Below, piece by piece: positions 55,388 through 63,682 of a stretch of DNA of 64,000 bases. The position numbers were made by a program, and so were the translations under genes. The notes beneath the pieces were generated by a model, which did no database searches, had not been told where the DNA came from, and saw nothing but the letters and a program-made list of their open reading frames with translations. Source of the stretch: Dehalococcoidales bacterium (GTDB lineage: Bacteria > Chloroflexota > Dehalococcoidia > Dehalococcoidales > CSSed11-197). The number at the start of each line of letters is the position of its first letter. Position 1 is the first letter of the stretch. Location of the stretch: contig JAQUNW010000001.1 of NCBI GenBank assembly GCA_028717385.1, positions 13,062-77,061 on the forward strand. Direction: 5' to 3'.

Positions 55388-56785
55388 ATGAAAAAATATC
55401 ACTCTACCGTCACGCGCAGAGATTTCCTAAAGGCGCTTGGGCTTGGTGGAGCAGGTGCTGGGCTGGCATCAATTCTTCCCCCTTTCACCAACCAGCCAAT
55501 CAGAGACCTTGATGAGCTGATGTCGCTTCCAATTGCCGGCATGAAAAGACCTTCCTGGGTAAAAACCGTTGAGAAACCAACTGTTGAAATCGATTGGCCC
55601 ACTATAGAACGTTTTGATTACCACCATGTTATGTGGGCAGCGGGCTTAAAGCGAGCGCTAGGGTCGCAACAATATGACCAGGTTTTTGTAGATGGCCGGG
55701 TAAACCGCAGGCAATGGATTGCAGACAATAAGCCCGGCTCCAGGTTACAGGACGTGGCCATGAAAGAAGCTAACCATTACGCTCCTGTATCATTTATAGG
55801 GCCACAGACATCACCCACTCCGGAAAGCCTTCAAGTACCTCGTTACGAAGGAACGCCAGAAGAAAATGCTCGGCTGGTAACAGCCTTTATGCGCCTTCAT
55901 GGAGCAAGCCACGTCGGCTTTGTTGAGCTGGATACTGATACCACCGAAAAACTTATATATTCTTACGATACTGGATCAGGAGAGAAGCAGGGTCCCCGTT
56001 TAGATATACTTGATTATGACGTGCCGGTAGAAAATTTGGCAGAAGGTTATCGGATCATACCCAAAAAAGCCAGATGGGTTATCGTATATACTCTTAGAAT
56101 GGCCGATGAGCTTATGAAGAGGCCAATTACAGAAGTGGGAGATAGATCTCACTACTATATGTATAACCTCAAGTCTCTTCTGCAGGGGCAGCTGCAAAAT
56201 TTCATGCGGACACTTGGTTATATGTGCCTTGGGGAAGCCGCCAACTTTAACGCTTTGGGTGTACATACCGGTTTTGCTGTAATGGCAGGCTTGGGAGAAA
56301 TGAGCCGAGTTGGGCATACAATAACTCCTGAATATGGACTGCAGCAAAGGGTTCAAATTGTAATTACCGATCTTCCTTTACCGTCCGGAAAGCCAATCGA
56401 TTTTGGATTACATGTATTTTGTAAAACCTGTAAAAAATGTGCGGATCATTGTCCGGCGAAAGCCATCAATCCTGCAACGGAACCAACATGGGATAACGGT
56501 GGGCTTTTTTATCGAGCCATCGGGATAAAACGCTGGTGGTTAAATGAACCTCTTTGCAACGCATATATCAGAAGGGTAAATGGTTGTGCAACCTGCTTTG
56601 CAGTATGCCCATTCTCAAAACGCCATAACATGTCATACAATGATTTATTCAGGAGGAGCGTAGCTTCTAATCCAGCTATGAACAGATTCTGGCGCAAAGC
56701 GGATGATTTCTTCTACGGAAGCGGCATTCACAGTGATTCCAACAAGTTTTGGGAGCTTGATTTACCGCCTTTTGGATATGATTGA
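55388..56785 (+). CDS. rdhA: Reductive dehalogenase catalytic subunit
   Basis: 465 aa. TAT signal TRRDFLKALG. Two Fe-S motifs, CKTCKKCADHCP and C...CATCFAVCP. Overall Dehalococcoidia-type RdhA layout. Confidence 0.92.
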   Translation: MKKYHSTVTRRDFLKALGLGGAGAGLASILPPFTNQPIRDLDELMSLPIAGMKRPSWVKTVEKPTVEIDWPTIERFDYHHVMWAAGLKRALGSQQYDQVFVDGRVNRRQWIADNKPGSRLQDVAMKEANHYAPVSFIGPQTSPTPESLQVPRYEGTPEENARLVTAFMRLHGASHVGFVELDTDTTEKLIYSYDTGSGEKQGPRLDILDYDVPVENLAEGYRIIPKKARWVIVYTLRMADELMKRPITEVGDRSHYYMYNLKSLLQGQLQNFMRTLGYMCLGEAANFNALGVHTGFAVMAGLGEMSRVGHTITPEYGLQQRVQIVITDLPLPSGKPIDFGLHVFCKTCKKCADHCPAKAINPATEPTWDNGGLFYRAIGIKRWWLNEPLCNAYIRRVNGCATCFAVCPFSKRHNMSYNDLFRRSVASNPAMNRFWRKADDFFYGSGIHSDSNKFWELDLPPFGYD

Positions 56786-56816
56786 TTCACGCCAACGTTT
56801 ATAGGAGGGCAGACGA

Positions 56817-57122
56817 ATGTTTTTATCAGGAATGCTGATAGGCATGGCAGTCCTCGGACTGGTAGTGTTCATTGTAATTAAGAGTATCCCTGTTCGCTGG
56901 TACGAATGGCTATTGGGAACGCTCGGTCTTGGATTATTGCTATTTTCATTACAAAACACGGTTTCTGCAGGCCAGGAATACTGGCCAGGCGCACCTTTAA
57001 TATTCTTTTTAGTTTTTGGTATTCCAGCATTATTGATGATTGGTATTGCCATTGGATTGTCAGTTTTCAGGATCCTAAAGTCTAATCATGCAAACGCTGA
57101 TAACAATATAACCGGTAAATGA
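56817..57122 (+). CDS. rdhB: Reductive dehalogenase membrane anchor
   Basis: 101 aa with three TM helices and a RWYEW motif after TM1. Lies directly downstream of rdhA with a GGAGGG RBS. Confidence 0.85.
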   Translation: MFLSGMLIGMAVLGLVVFIVIKSIPVRWYEWLLGTLGLGLLLFSLQNTVSAGQEYWPGAPLIFFLVFGIPALLMIGIAIGLSVFRILKSNHANADNNITGK

Positions 57123-57862
57123 AAGTCTATCACCTGGCTTATGACAAAGCAGCAGCTTCGGTAAACATCCATTTTTGGACCAAATGCAGTTTCAATTGCC
57201 GTTCTTGTTACGTACCATATAACCACCTCGACTTCGGTTTGTTTGATGATCCTTTATCTATCATGCACGGCGATAAGATAAAAAAACCTGATCAACAGTT
57301 TCTTTCTGTAATACGTGTGATGGAATTGCTGCAACCACATGTAATAAAAAGCGCAGTATTTATGGGAACAGAACCATCGCTTGACACTGAAATGCCGAAA
57401 CTGGCGAAACTATTGCATATAGAGCATGGCAGTTATAACATACTTCTTACCAATGGTTATTATCTTCCAGATATATCACACATCAATGAAATAATAATTT
57501 CCATAAAAGCAATGACGCCATCAATTCACCAAAATTACACAGGTAAATCCAACCAACTTGTACTTGATAATTTTAAATCTATATATGCTTCAGGAACCAA
57601 GGTACAGGTCGAAACCGTTTTCATTCCTGGTCTGATTGAAGAAGTTGAAATTGAAAATATAGCTAATTTTATTGCCAAAACTGATGAAAATATTCCCCTC
57701 AGAATTGATGCATATTTTCCTGTCGGTAATAGCGAGTGGCCTGCCGCAGAGAATATACAAGTACAAAAAGCAGCTGAAAACGCCAGGCGCTACCTTAAAA
57801 ATGTAAATTGCCTTACTCTTGATATGAAACGCATCGGGGAAAAATCCGTAAGGTTATACTGA
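57119..57862 (+). CDS. Radical SAM enzyme, glycyl-radical-activase-like (PflA/NrdG-like size and motifs)
   Basis: 247 aa. CSFNCRSC is a CxxxCxxC cluster motif near the N-terminus, and AVFMGTEPSLD resembles the GGEP SAM-binding motif. Its ATG overlaps the rdhB stop (ATGA at 57119-57122). Confidence 0.8.
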   Translation: MKVYHLAYDKAAASVNIHFWTKCSFNCRSCYVPYNHLDFGLFDDPLSIMHGDKIKKPDQQFLSVIRVMELLQPHVIKSAVFMGTEPSLDTEMPKLAKLLHIEHGSYNILLTNGYYLPDISHINEIIISIKAMTPSIHQNYTGKSNQLVLDNFKSIYASGTKVQVETVFIPGLIEEVEIENIANFIAKTDENIPLRIDAYFPVGNSEWPAAENIQVQKAAENARRYLKNVNCLTLDMKRIGEKSVRLY

Positions 57863-57863
57863 T

Positions 57864-59633
57864 ATGCCAATTACTCAATGTGTACAAAGCAAACAACCAT
57901 ATATGATACCAAATGAAAATGCTCAGTACTTGCTTGAAAAATACTATCTCGACAATGCTAGTAACGAAACTCCTGAACAATTGATTCGAAGGGTAGCAAA
58001 AGTATTGGCATCTACGGAAATTAAAAACGGTGGGCACAGAGCAACTCTTTACTGGGAAGAGACCTTTTACTCGTTATTGTCCAATATGGATTTTTTACCC
58101 GGATCACCGTTTTTACTTAATGCGGGCAAAAACTCCGGGCAGCTGGCTTCCTGCCATTGCATTCCGGTTTCTTCAGAAGAAAACAATTATATGGCTTCCC
58201 TGGAAATAGCAAAAAGCGTTCAAATCAATGGCAGTGGAACTGCATTTAATTTTTCCAAACTTCCTTCTGCTAGCAACAACAACGTTAGTAAATCCGAAGC
58301 CCCGGTTATTCAACTTCTCTACAAATTTTCCCGAGTACTTGGAAGTTTTTTACAGGGTGGAATACGAATCGGTTGTAATACCGCAATTCTAAGTGCCCAC
58401 CATCCGGATATCAGAGAGTTTATACAAGCTAAAACCGACAAGCAAGTTTTGAATAACTTTTATCTTACTGTCTCGTTAACTGATTTGTTTATGAATTCAC
58501 TATTGAAGAAGGAAACATACCCTCTATTTGACCCAATATCCGGACAGGAAACAGGCAAAATTGCAGCAGGTGATATTTTTAACGCTATTGTTGAAGCATC
58601 ATGGAATAATGGTGATCCAGGAGTAATATTTCAGGATACTATTGATGCATCTAATCCTATTCCATCGCTTGGCCAACTAGAGGCAGTCAGCGGTTGCGGT
58701 GAACAATTAATGATGGAAGGGGAGTGCTGTTTCCTGGGCAGTATAAACTTGGTAAACATGGTACACCAGAATCAATTAGAAGTAGCCGAAATTAACTGGG
58801 GCAAGCTTAAACGCACGGTATGCATAGCTTTAAGATTGCTGGATAATGCTATCGACATTTCAACTTATGCTTCTCCTGAAATCGAACACGTTACAAAACT
58901 GGGAAGAAAAGTAGGCTTGGGGATAATGGGCCTGGCAGATCTATTATATTTGCTCGATATCCCTTATAACTCAAAAAAAGCGATGGAAACGACAGAGCAA
59001 ATTTTAAAATATATCAAAAAGTGCGCATATTTTTATTCTAACCACCTTGGTGACCAAAAGGGAACTTGCCCTGTATACCAAGACGGTAGCCAAAACACCA
59101 ACAGAAGAAACGCTTCTATCACTACTATTGCCCCCACTGGTACGATTAGCACCATTGCTGGATGTTCTGCCGGAATTGAACCGGCCTTCAGGCTGGTTTA
59201 CCTGAGAAGGTTGGCGGATGGTAAGGAGTTACTGGAGGTTAATCCCCACTTTGTCAATAATATTATTAGGGAAAAACTCAATGTCTCATTAATTCTCAGG
59301 CAATTGCTTTCAGGGAAGCCGCTCCAAGAAATAGGTGGTGTTCCGGAACACATTAAAAAAGTATTCGTTACTGCACAGGATATTTCACCAGAATGGCATT
59401 TGAATATTCAGCATTCCGCCCAAAAACATATTGATAATGCTGTTTCGAAAACTGTTAATCTTGATAATAATGCGTCCAGAGCGGAAATCCGGCAAATATA
59501 TCTCAAAGCGTATAAATTGGGTTTGAAAGGAATCACCGTCTACCGGGACATGAGCAGAGAAAACCAGCCTCTGGTGTGTTCTGGGGAGGGACTTGATTTA
59601 CTGAACAGATGGTTAAAAGATAAAGGCTTCTAA
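57864..59633 (+). CDS. Class II (adenosylcobalamin-type) ribonucleotide reductase-like protein, divergent
   Basis: 589 aa. FLPGSPFLLNAG...LASCHCIPV, GSGTAFNFSKL, HHPDIREFIQAKTD, SGCGEQ...ECCFLGSINL, TIAPTGTISTIAGCSAGIEP and GLKGITVYRD. The start lies 1 nt after the rSAM stop. Confidence 0.8.
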   Translation: MPITQCVQSKQPYMIPNENAQYLLEKYYLDNASNETPEQLIRRVAKVLASTEIKNGGHRATLYWEETFYSLLSNMDFLPGSPFLLNAGKNSGQLASCHCIPVSSEENNYMASLEIAKSVQINGSGTAFNFSKLPSASNNNVSKSEAPVIQLLYKFSRVLGSFLQGGIRIGCNTAILSAHHPDIREFIQAKTDKQVLNNFYLTVSLTDLFMNSLLKKETYPLFDPISGQETGKIAAGDIFNAIVEASWNNGDPGVIFQDTIDASNPIPSLGQLEAVSGCGEQLMMEGECCFLGSINLVNMVHQNQLEVAEINWGKLKRTVCIALRLLDNAIDISTYASPEIEHVTKLGRKVGLGIMGLADLLYLLDIPYNSKKAMETTEQILKYIKKCAYFYSNHLGDQKGTCPVYQDGSQNTNRRNASITTIAPTGTISTIAGCSAGIEPAFRLVYLRRLADGKELLEVNPHFVNNIIREKLNVSLILRQLLSGKPLQEIGGVPEHIKKVFVTAQDISPEWHLNIQHSAQKHIDNAVSKTVNLDNNASRAEIRQIYLKAYKLGLKGITVYRDMSRENQPLVCSGEGLDLLNRWLKDKGF

Positions 59634-59690
59634 TCAATCCCCTTACAATAAGACTGCGTGCGGGAAAAACTACGTTGTTGTAAATAATTG

Positions 59691-60668
59691 TTATGGTAAA
59701 GGTTGCACACCTTTCGCGTTGACAACGGCTCCTGTAAAATATTTAAAAGACTGCCAATTATACATTAATGTGTCCAGTGCGCCAGAGATCGAGTCTTTAT
59801 CTGTGCCGGAAATAACCCAACAAGTGTTTTGACATGAGCCCGTACCTGTGGGGTTAAAAGGATTTTGTATTGTATAAATTAGTCCTGTTCCGGAAGTCTC
59901 TTCGTGGATACAATTTCCGTTTGAATCGTATATCTCCAGAACGTCTTTGTTGAATCTGCAAAACAACCCAAGCCGGCTCCAGTTATCATTTATTTCGCGT
60001 ATGGGATCAAATAAATCTGAGCCAATAACAATCAAGTGATGCGTCTGTTTTTCGCTTATGGTTATTTGACTGGATTCGCACATAAATATTTTCTTAATAC
60101 CCATAGCGATAAGAGCTTGCTGTAATTCATGCGCCTCGTTGTGCCAGCCAACCTCATACCAAATCGTTAAAGGTACATTTATGCCTCCGTATCCGTATTT
60201 TAAAGAACTGGGGAAATCGCTAATAATTGCGCTAGCCGAAGGCCGAAAACTCCAATCACGATAGTACCAATGAATGGTATCACCATCTCTTATGCGATAA
60301 GCAAGCCCTCCGGCGTTAGATAAAATTCCATTGATATATAAGAACCAGTCCTTTCTTTCAACTGGGTGTTTAAGATAACCACTTGCGATCCCTTGTATGG
60401 ACGTTACAAATCCTCCACCATACGCAGTTTTAACATCAAGTTTTTGAGACAATAATTCAAGGCAGTTTGTCCCTTCTCGGACAATGACTTCATTATCAAA
60501 AATAACATTCCTACCAAAATTTTCACTGACTATGAGTTGGGCAGTTATCTGGGTACTTTGCGCTGCAGAGTTCGTTACTGGGGTTGATGAGAGTTGACCT
60601 GTGCAACCGTTAAATACAACAGCGAGTATAAATAATAAACTTACAATAGTAGATTTTTTTATTTCCAT
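59691..60668 (-). CDS. Lipoprotein with DUF4430 (transcobalamin beta-domain-like) module
   Basis: The start is taken at MEIKKSTIVSLLFILAVVFNGC (lipobox FNGC). DUF4430-like region VIVREGTNCLELL...AYGGGFVTSIQGI...WFLYINGILSNAGGLAYRIRDGDTIHWYY. Confidence 0.7.
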   Translation of the reverse strand: MEIKKSTIVSLLFILAVVFNGCTGQLSSTPVTNSAAQSTQITAQLIVSENFGRNVIFDNEVIVREGTNCLELLSQKLDVKTAYGGGFVTSIQGIASGYLKHPVERKDWFLYINGILSNAGGLAYRIRDGDTIHWYYRDWSFRPSASAIISDFPSSLKYGYGGINVPLTIWYEVGWHNEAHELQQALIAMGIKKIFMCESSQITISEKQTHHLIVIGSDLFDPIREINDNWSRLGLFCRFNKDVLEIYDSNGNCIHEETSGTGLIYTIQNPFNPTGTGSCQNTCWVISGTDKDSISGALDTLMYNWQSFKYFTGAVVNAKGVQPLP

Positions 60669-61738
60669 CGCCTTCTGGTATTGATGTATAGAAAAGTAAT
60701 CATAGATGCTATTAGCACAGTGAGTATCAGCCATAACCACCAGCTATTGTTGCTGGTCCTTTCCACAGGATAACCACAACCTGCCAAGGCTATGATTGAA
60801 TCAGCAGTAGTTTTTTCAGGCATGGCCAAATATCCCTCCGGCAAAGGAGAAGCAAACATAAAAGAACCATCTTCGCTCTGCATGCTAAGGATATATGTCA
60901 CCGGATTAGCATCATCCTCACCGGTGAGTGAAGCAGTTATATCCAGAGTAGCCAGAGCACTCATAACCCAAGCAGTAGAACTGGTGTTTTCAACACCATA
61001 AGATACGTATCCTCCATTTACTCCCTGCATAGTTTCAATGGCTGCAAGCGCCTTCTGGATACGTTCATCATTCGGATTAATACCTGCTTTTATGAGCGCC
61101 ATAATTGCTGCGGCAGTGTTATCCGGATCACTTTCGTAATACCACTCATTATGAGGTATTGCCCATGACCAACCATTATCGTCTCCCTGGTTTTCTAAGA
61201 GATATGAAGTAGTAGCGGTAATGATTTCATCATCAGGTGAATAACCTGCACCTATCAATGCGATTAATGCCCAAAAATCCTCGTTAATACTATCTTTTTC
61301 TCCAAATTGAGTTCCGTCATGCAATTTAACCAGGGCATCTATGAAATCCCCACCTGGTACAACATTGTTCCCTTCCCCAAATGAACGAGGTGACTGCCCT
61401 GAAGCTACTATCGCTAATACATTTCTAGCCAGATCTGCGGTTATATTGTAAGAATCCAACAGTTGGTGGTTGTTTTGTTTTAGAAAATCAATGGGTGAGG
61501 GGGAACCAAATCGGGCTGGATTCTTACCACAAGCGGCCAGAGCCATCACTGCCCATGCTGTGTCAGAATAACTGCCAATACTGCCATCGGTAGCTTGCAT
61601 CTCTGATAAATATGACAAAGCCTTCTTAATTGGCTTATCTGTGCCTTTGAATGGGTACCCGCTCGAACATGAAGAAAGCACTAAAGAAATGGTTAGAATC
61701 AGACATATAGATATTAATCGTGTTTTGCGCGCGTACAT
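60659..61738 (-). CDS. Lipoprotein with prenyltransferase/terpene-cyclase-type alpha-alpha toroid repeats and a C-terminal TM anchor
   Basis: 359 aa. Lipobox LSSC. Repeats QATDGSIGS, HDGTQFG, QGDDNGWSW, MQGVNGGYV, QSEDGSF. C-terminal helix WWLWLILTVLIASMITFLYI. Overlaps the next gene by 10 nt. Confidence 0.7.
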   Translation of the reverse strand: MYARKTRLISICLILTISLVLSSCSSGYPFKGTDKPIKKALSYLSEMQATDGSIGSYSDTAWAVMALAACGKNPARFGSPSPIDFLKQNNHQLLDSYNITADLARNVLAIVASGQSPRSFGEGNNVVPGGDFIDALVKLHDGTQFGEKDSINEDFWALIALIGAGYSPDDEIITATTSYLLENQGDDNGWSWAIPHNEWYYESDPDNTAAAIMALIKAGINPNDERIQKALAAIETMQGVNGGYVSYGVENTSSTAWVMSALATLDITASLTGEDDANPVTYILSMQSEDGSFMFASPLPEGYLAMPEKTTADSIIALAGCGYPVERTSNNSWWLWLILTVLIASMITFLYINTRRRWK

Positions 61739-61793
61739 ATAACCCCCGTGAGACGATAAATCAACTATACTGGATATAAATCAATTTTTGTGT

Positions 61794-61822
61794 ATTTTAC
61801 GACGGAAGTATTGTACTGTCAA
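61794..61822 (-). promoter_or_regulatory. Sigma-70-like promoter for the toroid/DUF4430 operon
   Basis: On the minus strand, TTGACA, a 17-nt spacer, then TAAAAT. This leaves a leader of only about 50 nt before the ATG at 61738. Confidence 0.45.
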
Positions 61823-61867
61823 GTATAATAACGTAATCGATAGAGGGTTATTGCTATATTAGATTAA

Positions 61868-62487
61868 TCCCAGTACGCATACACTTCAATTGCCAGCTCG
61901 GTTGTGATGGTTACTTCCCATCCAGCTTTTGTTGCTATTTTGCCTTTCTTTATTTTATAGAAAAAATAACCTGGGCTAGTATTCTCGGTATCTTGATAGC
62001 TTTTACAGGTATGGTTGTGATAAACATCCGCCACTTCAATACTGATAGCCCAGCTATAATCGGCAATATCATGGCACTCGTTGCTGGATTTGCAATGGGA
62101 GGGTACCTGGTGATCGGTCGTAAGCTACATAATAGAATTGATCCAGGTTTATATATTGTCATGGTTTACGGCATAAGTTCAGTGTTTCTTATATCAGGTG
62201 CTTTACTGATGGGTGATAAATTTACAGGGTTGGAATTTAAAGCCTATTTATATATGTTGGCAATTGCGATAGTTCCCCAATTTATCGGTCATTCCCGCTT
62301 TAACCTTTCGGTCAGGCACCTTTCAGCAACGGTTGTATCGGTAGCCATTTTGGGAGAACCGATGGGTGCATCTATTTTAGCATGATTGATTTTCAATGAT
62401 CTTCCGGGTGTTCTTGAAATTACTGGGGGATTATTTATAATTATGGGAATTATTTTAGTTATCCATCAGTTTAACCGCTCTAAATAA
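61868..62487 (+). pseudogene. EamA/DMT-family transporter pseudogene (5'-truncated, frameshift, in-frame TGA)
   Basis: The frames read ...YAYTSIASSVVMVTSHPAFVAILPFFIL / (shift) EKITWASILGILIAFTGMVVIN...AILGEPMGASILA*LIFNDLPGVLEITGGLFIIMGIILV. The TGA is at 62383-62385. Confidence 0.65.
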
Positions 62488-62568
62488 CTTCTTGTACAGA
62501 TTGTAGTTGAAATATGTATAAGAGTATACAAGAAAAATTATGGCTAGTAACAATAAGGAGGGAAGATT

Positions 62569-63678
62569 ATGGGGGATCCCAGAGTAGATAAACTTGCCAA
62601 TATGCTGGTTAACTATTCAGTTCAAATCAAGCCGGGAGAAAAAGTAGCAATTACAGGTGATACAGCAGCTGAACCATTAATAAAAGCGGTTTACCAGCAT
62701 ATTTTGCAGGCTGGCGGCTTTCCATTCACTCTTTTAAATCTCAATGGTATGGACGAAATATTTTATAAGTATGCCAGCGATGATCAATTGCGGCACATTC
62801 CCCCAGCACAGGAATTACTAATAAATACATATGACGCCAGAATTGCTTGCTACGCCGAAACAAATACCCGGGCTCTTTCCAGCGTTGATCCTTCTCGCAT
62901 GGCAATCTTTGATCAGGCTCGGCGCGGGTTGATGGATACAATGATGAGACGCTCTGCATCAGGCGATTACAAATGGACGTTAACTATTTTTCCAACTAAT
63001 GCGTGCGCACAGGATGCAGATATGAGCCTGGAGGAGTATGAAGATTTTGTATACGGTGCTTGTATGCCGGACCAAGATGATCCGATTGGATACTGGCAAC
63101 AATTTAGCGCCTGGCAAGATAAAATAATACATTGGCTCGACGGTAAAAAAGAAGTTAGGGTTTATGCGCATAATACTGATTTAAAGATAAACATAGAAGG
63201 GCGAAAATTTATTAATTGCGACGGTCGTAATAATGTTCCGGATGGAGAAGTTTTTACCGGTCCGGTAGAAAACGGCGTTGATGGTACAGTGCATTTTTCC
63301 TTCCCGGCGATTTACGATGGGCGTGAAGTCACCGGGGTGAGGCTATGGTTTGAAAAAGGAAAGGTTGTGAAAGCAACTGCTGATAAGAATGAAGAGTTCC
63401 TCATAAGCAAGCTTGATACCGACGAGGGAGCCAGAAGAGTGGGGGAATTTGCTTTTGGTACTAACGAAGGTATTACAAAATTCACCCGCCAGATTCTGTT
63501 CGATGAAAAAATTGGAGGTTCTTTTCACATGGCCTTAGGTGCGGGATACCCTGAAACAGGCAGCCTAAATAAATCAGCTATCCACTGGGATATGGTATGC
63601 GATCTACGCAACGGTGGGCAGGTTTGGGTAGACAATCAACTATTTTATCAAAATGGAAAATATGTAATTGACTTTTAA
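62569..63678 (+). CDS. Aminopeptidase, M29 (AmpS/PepS/aminopeptidase T) family
   Basis: 369 aa. VDKLANMLVNYSVQIKPGEKV opening, NVPDGEVFTGP and IHWDMV motifs. Confidence 0.85.
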   Translation: MGDPRVDKLANMLVNYSVQIKPGEKVAITGDTAAEPLIKAVYQHILQAGGFPFTLLNLNGMDEIFYKYASDDQLRHIPPAQELLINTYDARIACYAETNTRALSSVDPSRMAIFDQARRGLMDTMMRRSASGDYKWTLTIFPTNACAQDADMSLEEYEDFVYGACMPDQDDPIGYWQQFSAWQDKIIHWLDGKKEVRVYAHNTDLKINIEGRKFINCDGRNNVPDGEVFTGPVENGVDGTVHFSFPAIYDGREVTGVRLWFEKGKVVKATADKNEEFLISKLDTDEGARRVGEFAFGTNEGITKFTRQILFDEKIGGSFHMALGAGYPETGSLNKSAIHWDMVCDLRNGGQVWVDNQLFYQNGKYVIDF

Positions 63679-63682
63679 ATAA

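Noticed and set aside
61739-61870. Looked for a cobalamin riboswitch upstream of the toroid/DUF4430 operon, and also in the rdhA leader (55306-55387)
   Set aside because: The predicted promoters leave leaders of only about 50 and 80 nt. I saw no B12-box-like sequence, and a cobalamin riboswitch needs about 200 nt.
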